Source of the DNA: a virus
Strand: one strand, 5' to 3'
IMG/VR virus record: IMGVR_UViG_3300012352_000355
Span: 1 to 64,000 of that record
Length of the DNA: 64,000 bases
The stretch's first letter is position 1. Every line of letters begins with the position of its first letter. Positions 58,801 through 64,000 of this stretch are shown piece by piece. The notes under the pieces are model-generated. The model was not told the origin of the DNA, made no database searches, and was given only the letters and a program-made list of their open reading frames with translations. The position numbers and the translations under genes are program-made.

Positions 58801-60890
58801 AGACTAAGTACTATCCTGCATTTGGTGGAGACACATTCATTAACAAGTTTGCACTTAAGCGTAAGCATTCTTTCTTTACTCGTAACCTTGCTAATCTTCC
58901 TGCTAAAGTAGACAATGTTCCTTTTGATTATTGGTTGTATCCTAACTTAGGTTATCCTACGTACTACATTGGAGAGTCTCCTGCTACTATTGATAATGCA
59001 GCTTACACAGCATTACTTGCAGGACTATCTGCAGGGATTGCAGCAGCATTATTAGCATCCGCTGCAGGAGCTCCTTCTGGGGTTGCACTAAACTCTGCAA
59101 TTTCTGGATCACTAGCTGCAGCTTACTCCTTGTTTGTTAAAAAGAATAACCTAGATGCAGATCCTAACTCTTTCTTCTACCAAAAAGGTTTCTTCTATAC
59201 AGCTTCTTACGGTATTCCTGTATTCTATGTAGAGTCTGATATCAACGTAGACCTACGCCATGGAAGAAATGACTTAGAAGAGAATTTCTATCCTAACGTA
59301 GGAGATGGTATTCCAGATGAGTGGTTGCATGAAGTTAATGTACCTATTAAGTTTGACAACTTCTATAGTTACAATGCTACTTATTCTGCACAGAACTTAA
59401 GTCCTAATCTTCCCTACAGATTAAAGTATCCTTCACTAGAGTGTTTGTCTATCCATAACAACAGAGTAATTTACTCAGATCCTGCAAACTCTTCTAACTA
59501 TCTCTCTGATGCTTGGAGAGTATTCCGTCCAGGAAACTTCTATGACTTTCCTAAGCAAGGTGGTCGCTTAATTGATCTGAATGCGGGAGAAAACGAAAGA
59601 GTGTATGCTAGATTTGAGAATACAACTAAAGTATACAACTCTCGTATCACCTTAAGTACTACTTCTCCTTATCAATTAGAAATAGGTAATGCAGAGATGT
59701 TCAAACAAAAACCTGTAGATCTTGCTAAAACAGATCTGGGTTACATAGGAACTCAACACAAAGCTTACGTTAAGTGTGAGTATGGAACATTCTGGGTAGA
59801 CGCTAAACGTGGTCACATCTATCAGATCACAGGAGACGGCTTCAACGAAATTAAAACAGAAAATAACTTTAACTGGTTTAAGCAAAATCTTCCTTTCCAA
59901 ATCCTAAAAGATATTCCAAATGCAGACATAGACAATCCACCGATTGGCTTAGGCATTGTTATGGGATGGGATGAAAGATACGAGAGGGTATTTATTACTA
60001 AGTTAGACTACAGAGTTAAACCTGAATTTAGAGCAGGCAATCCTTCAGTAGTTAAATACATTACAGATACTTCTGATACTAACTATAGAAGATATGTACT
60101 AGAGAGTGGAAGTACTCAAGTAGAGATTACTTTTGGTGATCCTGCATTTTTTGAGAATAAGTCTTGGACAGTTGCTTACTCACCCAAACTTAAAAACTTT
60201 ATTTCTTTCTACTCATTCCTTCCAAACTTCTTTGTTCCTATGTTGGGTAACTTCCAGACAGTTATCAATACTTCTGCAGGAGCATCTACTTGGAACCATA
60301 ATCTTTCTATCTTTACTTACCAGACTTACTACAACAAACTTTATCCTTACATCATAGAGTATAACGTAAACTCATTCCCTCAAGTATCTACTGTTAACTC
60401 TGTTACTTTGATGCAAGACATCCAAGAGTATTATTCTGACTACGAGTACTACTCTTTGTCTACTGCAAATAAAAAGAACTTAGCAAACTTTACTAAGGCT
60501 ATTATCTATAACAAAGAACAGTCATCTGGTATCATTAAGTTGATTCCTGAAGAGTTTGGTAACACAAGACAAAAGATTACCTATCCTAGAATGACTACAA
60601 CGGGCATAGAAGCGCTTATCTCTCGCAGAGAACACTTGTATACCTTTAACGGATTTTGGAACGTTGCAGCGCAAGGAAATGGGCAACCACTTTGGTCTAC
60701 TCAATGGAGTGACTTGATTACTCAGTATCCAATAGATAAGATACCGAACACTAAGAGTGTGAGACCTGTATCTGTATCTTACCAGAAGTCTAAGATTAAA
60801 TCAGACTTTGCTAAAGTAAGATTGATTCAAGATCAGTACTCTAGATTTAAGTTTATTAATACAATCCAAATAACTCAAACCAACCCATAA
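55839..60890 (+). CDS. tail stabilization/muzzle protein
   Basis: GLNLD..YALNA, YQRDEVYPFGI, IRHHKFP, FGGDTFI, SWTVAYS..FISFYSFLP. Confidence 0.85.
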   Translation: MQNKINQNTAGLNLDSVNYQIKENMITYALNANVQSHDGNSTTYTNEPSNQICYDFSLTYPGFKILNVLSITEQSKLVVFLAHPDGRSLIGELTNLNKDCTTLTETETDCGCISGTVVTNVVNSATGCCTFTPLIVDNCCDCTDCYTYSAQSINNTPYSITYVNCNGVEVTDTFPSGIGTFTARKNKYILPSDVEILDSNLESQGQCVPKTSDCCLKLSTDFPVYAEYRIDNCETKVYFIARNIQPRYFSLEEPLGRDQCGDALDCLTDACERLKLFPDFCQADIYPTAIDSGGRLKGGVYSFSVAYADENGKELTDYVDFSNPIAIFERAITEQTEYETSKSIRVSIDHSTTIFDYFNLVVAENINEVTTYQLVGTYRVNQSTYRDSLVYTGDYSSTFSSIVPLIRSPHYETAEIIEKQNDILMLADLVETPKYNFQLLANKIKLRWETVKMPVDNKFDYSNPEIAYFFRTYQRDEVYPFGIKFKLKNGKYTDVFHIPGREVFPNSDERSLIYHDSNPDAFGTVNDCIVTDREEKWKVYNTATTGITPPNNTPSLQEAQYSCKITVETGGEFAYWESTETYPCYEEVWGALAGQPIRHHKFPENAKSHIHADGDDFIYPIGVRLWSESLFASILDTETVYDPLNTYGNHQIPVKELICGYELVRGNRVNNKSVVAKGLVYDVGSFKDVKSGKEFYYPNYPYNSLEDDAYIKSTPDWYNKADRGIDDPDYGMALHKGFNVIGSRYTFHSPDTHFQYPKIGTELKLETVEYGKVQGKFIPVLDHPQYKFLTTADYAVTAVLADALSLAFESELTTTPTPGAATRWKADALAILTNNQIFIDLLEKLIPNTNFAYQFNSVGEYKRFLPITTIGNRRRFLDIGLYANDKIVELNDDKPLHNRLRETSVYLKTSGSFSTEYASIVDNSRYTIGQKNLQDNPEQIVESDTRAYYASIKRNFPNQYGQIENIKYVSTGYSCSVYTDITGTLQIKTKYYPAFGGDTFINKFALKRKHSFFTRNLANLPAKVDNVPFDYWLYPNLGYPTYYIGESPATIDNAAYTALLAGLSAGIAAALLASAAGAPSGVALNSAISGSLAAAYSLFVKKNNLDADPNSFFYQKGFFYTASYGIPVFYVESDINVDLRHGRNDLEENFYPNVGDGIPDEWLHEVNVPIKFDNFYSYNATYSAQNLSPNLPYRLKYPSLECLSIHNNRVIYSDPANSSNYLSDAWRVFRPGNFYDFPKQGGRLIDLNAGENERVYARFENTTKVYNSRITLSTTSPYQLEIGNAEMFKQKPVDLAKTDLGYIGTQHKAYVKCEYGTFWVDAKRGHIYQITGDGFNEIKTENNFNWFKQNLPFQILKDIPNADIDNPPIGLGIVMGWDERYERVFITKLDYRVKPEFRAGNPSVVKYITDTSDTNYRRYVLESGSTQVEITFGDPAFFENKSWTVAYSPKLKNFISFYSFLPNFFVPMLGNFQTVINTSAGASTWNHNLSIFTYQTYYNKLYPYIIEYNVNSFPQVSTVNSVTLMQDIQEYYSDYEYYSLSTANKKNLANFTKAIIYNKEQSSGIIKLIPEEFGNTRQKITYPRMTTTGIEALISRREHLYTFNGFWNVAAQGNGQPLWSTQWSDLITQYPIDKIPNTKSVRPVSVSYQKSKIKSDFAKVRLIQDQYSRFKFINTIQITQTNP

Positions 60891-60894
60891 TACC

Positions 60895-61275
60895 ATGAAA
60901 GAAAAAGAACTTTTCACTACAGTCAAACCCGAGATAGTAATTGGACAGTTGTTCCAATCTCGTGACATCATCCACATCGCACACTTGCAGACAACTTCTT
61001 TTAGTGAGCACAAAGCACTAGATGGCTACTACACTGAGATTATTGACCTAATTGATGATATCATAGAGTCTTACTTCGGTACAATAGGTAAAAGACTTAA
61101 CTTTAAGATTCCTGCATCTGAGTACATGAATGCAAGAACTCACTTGATCTACATGAAAGACTACATGATGAAGCATCGTGGAGTATTCGGTATGGAGAAC
61201 ACTCACTTACAAAACTCAATTGATGAGGTAATTAGTTTGATCACTAGTACCTTATATCAACTTACTCTAACTTAA
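60895..61275 (+). CDS. ferritin/Dps-like protein
   Basis: HLQTTSFSEHKALDGYY..IDDIIESYFG..IDEV..YQL four-helix pattern. Confidence 0.75.
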   Translation: MKEKELFTTVKPEIVIGQLFQSRDIIHIAHLQTTSFSEHKALDGYYTEIIDLIDDIIESYFGTIGKRLNFKIPASEYMNARTHLIYMKDYMMKHRGVFGMENTHLQNSIDEVISLITSTLYQLTLT

Positions 61276-61290
61276 ACTAAATAAAACTAT

Positions 61291-62223
61291 ATGAATCGCT
61301 TAAAGAATTCTTACTCAACTTGCATGAGTTGCGGTGGTAAGAAAATGAAATCAGGAGGTAAATGGATTCAGTCTGCTATTAAGAAGCCAGGCTCTTTCAC
61401 AGCACAAGCTAAAAAAGCTGGAATGTCTGTACCTGCTTTCCGTGATAAAGTACTAAGTAATAAAGGCGCTTACTCTTCTACTACAGTAAAGAGAGCTAAC
61501 TTGGCTAAGACTCTTTCTAAGATGCGTAAGGGGGAAGATGGTATGATTACACGTAAGGGAGTAAAAGATGTAATAAAATATTCTTCACTTGTAGAACCTA
61601 GAGGTATTACTAGCGAATCTTCTATGGGCATGCCTGCTACCCCTACTCCTATTGAAAGTCCTGCAAACTGGTACAACGAGTCTACTTGGGATACTGCACA
61701 AACAGAAAATGCTGCTCGTTCTGCAGTTAATAGTCCAGCAGCATCTGCCAAAGGTCCTCTTGCTAAAGGTGGTTCTGAGAAAGTAAGAGCTTATCAAGAA
61801 ATGCTTCGTAGCAAAGGTTATGATATTGCAGCTGATGGTGCTTGGGGTCCCAAGACACAAGAGGCTTATGAGACTTATATTAAATCTAAAACTGCAGCTG
61901 TTACTAATCCTCCAGCAAATAAGACTACTAGTACTTCTTCTTCACAGACTTGGAACTACACTCCAGAGCAATGGGATAAGTCTATGGCAGAGAATAAAGC
62001 AAGACCAGCTGTTAATAGTGTAATGGCTACAGCAGACAACATGAAAAAGACCCCTATTACAACCAAAGAAGTTCTTAAGACTCCAGAGCCTATTCAGGTT
62101 ACTCAAGCTGTGAATAATGTGAGCAAACTCAAAAAGGCTAAGAGTAAAGTAAGTTCTGCAGAAGCACTCATACGTAGAAAAATTGCTAAAATGAATTCTG
62201 GCAAGTCTATATACGGAGATTAA
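61291..62223 (+). CDS. basic virion-associated protein with peptidoglycan-binding-like motif
   Basis: KWIQSAIKKPG module; VRAYQEML..GYDIAADGAWGPKTQEA. Confidence 0.7.
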   Translation: MNRLKNSYSTCMSCGGKKMKSGGKWIQSAIKKPGSFTAQAKKAGMSVPAFRDKVLSNKGAYSSTTVKRANLAKTLSKMRKGEDGMITRKGVKDVIKYSSLVEPRGITSESSMGMPATPTPIESPANWYNESTWDTAQTENAARSAVNSPAASAKGPLAKGGSEKVRAYQEMLRSKGYDIAADGAWGPKTQEAYETYIKSKTAAVTNPPANKTTSTSSSQTWNYTPEQWDKSMAENKARPAVNSVMATADNMKKTPITTKEVLKTPEPIQVTQAVNNVSKLKKAKSKVSSAEALIRRKIAKMNSGKSIYGD

Positions 62224-62225
62224 TT

Positions 62226-62909
62226 ATGTTTGTTCCAGGAGTAAATGGTTCTGTAATTCCTAGTGCACCCTCAGGTTCAAGACTTAAGGGTGCATATAGG
62301 AATTCTAAAAAGCGTAAGATGCCTAATGGTGGAATAGAAGTTGCCTTAGATGCAGCTTCTTTTATCCCACCACCAGTAGGTACAGTAGCTTCACTTCTTG
62401 GTGCAGGTTTAAATGCTTATCAAGGGGATTATACGGGAATGAGTTTAGATTTAGCTAGTGCTGCTAGTGGTGGGGCATCTAAGTGGTTTGGTGCAGCTGC
62501 AGATGCTGCAAAGATGGCTAACTCTGGAAAACTTGCTTCAAATATGGCATCTAAAGCTAAAACATTTCAAACTCTTTCTAATCCTGTAATATCTAAAAGT
62601 GCATCTGCGGGAAGAGATTACTTAGGCACAGTAGGGTCTTCTTCATATAATAATACTATGAGAGTTCCTCAAAGAGATAATGCTCAAGTACAATTTAGAC
62701 CTAATCCTAACTTACGTAGAATGGAAGAAGGCGGAGAAGTAGAGGATGACGATAAGGAAATGGTTAATGGAGTAGCAAGTATCTTACGCAGAGTAAAAGA
62801 TAAGAAGAACAGATTACAACTAGCTAATCAACTCGCTAAACAGTTTAACAGAGAAAAGGTAAAATATGATTTACCTTCATTCCTAGCTAAATCTAAAGTA
62901 AAAAAATGA
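62226..62909 (+). CDS. putative cargo/internal virion protein
   Basis: LDAASFIPPPVGTVAS hydrophobic segment, MxxGG motifs. Confidence 0.65.
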   Translation: MFVPGVNGSVIPSAPSGSRLKGAYRNSKKRKMPNGGIEVALDAASFIPPPVGTVASLLGAGLNAYQGDYTGMSLDLASAASGGASKWFGAAADAAKMANSGKLASNMASKAKTFQTLSNPVISKSASAGRDYLGTVGSSSYNNTMRVPQRDNAQVQFRPNPNLRRMEEGGEVEDDDKEMVNGVASILRRVKDKKNRLQLANQLAKQFNREKVKYDLPSFLAKSKVKK

Positions 62910-63478
62910 AACAGATGATAAAACGTAAAGACGGATCTTACTCACAAAGAGGATTGTGGGATAACATCCGTGCTAAAAGAGGTTCTGGAAAGAAACCTAC
63001 TCCAGAGATGCTTAAGCAAGAACGTAAGATTAAACGTAACATGGCTGAAGGCGGTAAAATGCCTACCAGTGTTGCTAAGGCTAGATTTGTAGCAGCTAAC
63101 AAAGGAAATGTATCTGAGGCTAGACAAGACGCTTCTAAATACGGATACAAGTTTATGGTTGGTGGTAGACTTAAAGCAGCTTATATGGCTAAGGGTGGAA
63201 CTATTGCTAAGACAACTAAAGGCCCAGGTGCTAACTATCGTCCTACCAAGCAAGGTGCTGGTATGACTAAGAAGGGAGTTATGGCTTATCGTAGAGCTAA
63301 CCCAGGTTCTAAGTTAAGCACTGCTGTTACAGGTAAGGTAAAGCCAGGTAGCAAAGCAGCTGGTCGTAGAAAGTCCTACTGTGCTCGTTCATTAGGTCAA
63401 TTGCGTAGATCCTCACAAGCTACACAGAATGATCCTAATAGCAGAATCAGACAAGCACGTAGGCGTTGGAAGTGTTAA
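62906..63478 (+). CDS. basic multi-module protein
   Basis: GLWDNIRAKR module; AYRRANPGSKL..RRKSYCARS..RRWKC module; three xxGG linkers. Confidence 0.75.
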   Translation: MKQMIKRKDGSYSQRGLWDNIRAKRGSGKKPTPEMLKQERKIKRNMAEGGKMPTSVAKARFVAANKGNVSEARQDASKYGYKFMVGGRLKAAYMAKGGTIAKTTKGPGANYRPTKQGAGMTKKGVMAYRRANPGSKLSTAVTGKVKPGSKAAGRRKSYCARSLGQLRRSSQATQNDPNSRIRQARRRWKC

Positions 63479-63499
63479 ACTAAAACTAAAACTAAATAT

Positions 63500-63658
63500 A
63501 TGGCAACTAAAGCATCTAAAACTAAATCAACCTCTACAGCTTCTAAGTTCAAAGTTAAACCTAAGATCAGAAGAAAGGGAGTTGTAGCAAAGACTAAAGC
63601 TTCAAAGTTAAAGTCTAGCAAAAATTATCTTAAAAAAAGCAGAGGACAAGGGAGTTAA
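63500..63658 (+). CDS. small Lys-rich protein (52 aa)
   Basis: Manual: MATKASK...SKNYLKKSRGQGS; followed by terminator CAAGGGAG..CTCCCTTG-T8. Confidence 0.7.
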   Translation: MATKASKTKSTSTASKFKVKPKIRRKGVVAKTKASKLKSSKNYLKKSRGQGS

Positions 63659-63665
63659 TTCTCCC

Positions 63666-63695
63666 TTGCTTTTTTTTATTAATCTTGTATATTTG
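63666..63695 (+). promoter_or_regulatory. Bacteroidota-type promoter
   Basis: TTG-N19-TATATTTG. Confidence 0.6.
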
Positions 63696-63758
63696 TATAA
63701 CTAGCTTATTCTCAAGCAGTTATTAACTTTCTATGTTAATAACATAAATAATTAAAAC

Positions 63759-64000
63759 ATGTTAAGATACTCACTGTATAAGAAATTTGTAAACGGGGGT
63801 GGAGTAGATCCTGAGGTTGAAAAAATCCAACCAAAAGGAATTACTGCTCCTATACCTACTATGGAAGAGTACCTGTCTAACAATCAGGAATTTAGCAATA
63901 CAAGTTCTTATCAAGATGCCTTTCAAATTCCTAACTTATCTCTAACAGGATTTAAGACCTCAGACTCTCCTGAAGGTACGGTAACTGATAAGCAAAAATC
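63759..64000 (+). CDS. partial ORF (likely cargo protein)
   Basis: MLRYSLYKKFVNGGGVDP..., open to the window end. Confidence 0.6.
   Translation, partial: MLRYSLYKKFVNGGGVDPEVEKIQPKGITAPIPTMEEYLSNNQEFSNTSSYQDAFQIPNLSLTGFKTSDSPEGTVTDKQK

Noticed and set aside
12162-63253. Numerous antisense and out-of-frame ORFs within large structural genes (e.g. 49736-50311, 46791-47369, 28266-28763)
   Set aside because: Shadow ORFs caused by codon bias of the real genes
1-64000. CRISPR array, integrase, rRNA, introns/inteins in TerL or MCP
   Set aside because: No regularly spaced repeats or recombinase motifs seen; TerL, portal and MCP are uninterrupted and of ordinary size

Overview
64 kb of a crAss-like (Crassvirales-type) podophage genome, most likely infecting an aquatic Bacteroidota/Flavobacterium-like host. 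Host evidence: TTG-N19-TAnnTTTG promoters, A-rich leaders lacking Shine-Dalgarno sequences, signal peptides cleaved before Gln, and a T9SS C-terminal domain. Standard genetic code. (1) Minus-strand arm, 1-9470: small accessory genes (cyclic-phosphate receiver-like, SF2 helicase, GH73-like muramidase, methyltransferase-like, RyR-repeat), a tRNA-Glu, two tRNA-like RNAs with expanded arms and several structured RNAs. (2) G-tract-rich divergence point, about 9480-9660. (3) Plus-strand arm: secreted NucA-type nuclease; about 18 kb of mosaic tail-fibre genes; holin/endolysin; an unusual ~7.3 kb envelope/surface module; then the conserved crAss-like TerL-portal-scaffold-MCP-ring-muzzle block, a ferritin-like gene and basic 'xxGG'-motif proteins. 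The envelope module (30323-37610) encodes an HExxH secreted protein, a cohesin/dockerin protein with T9SS CTD, a CsgG-like lipoprotein, a beta-rich outer-membrane-like protein carrying a nested +1-frame gene, a dockerin/C-type-lectin protein and a small secreted protein. It is the best candidate for an undescribed system, followed by the tRNA-like/structured RNA cassettes. All family assignments are from motif recognition by eye; no database searches were run.
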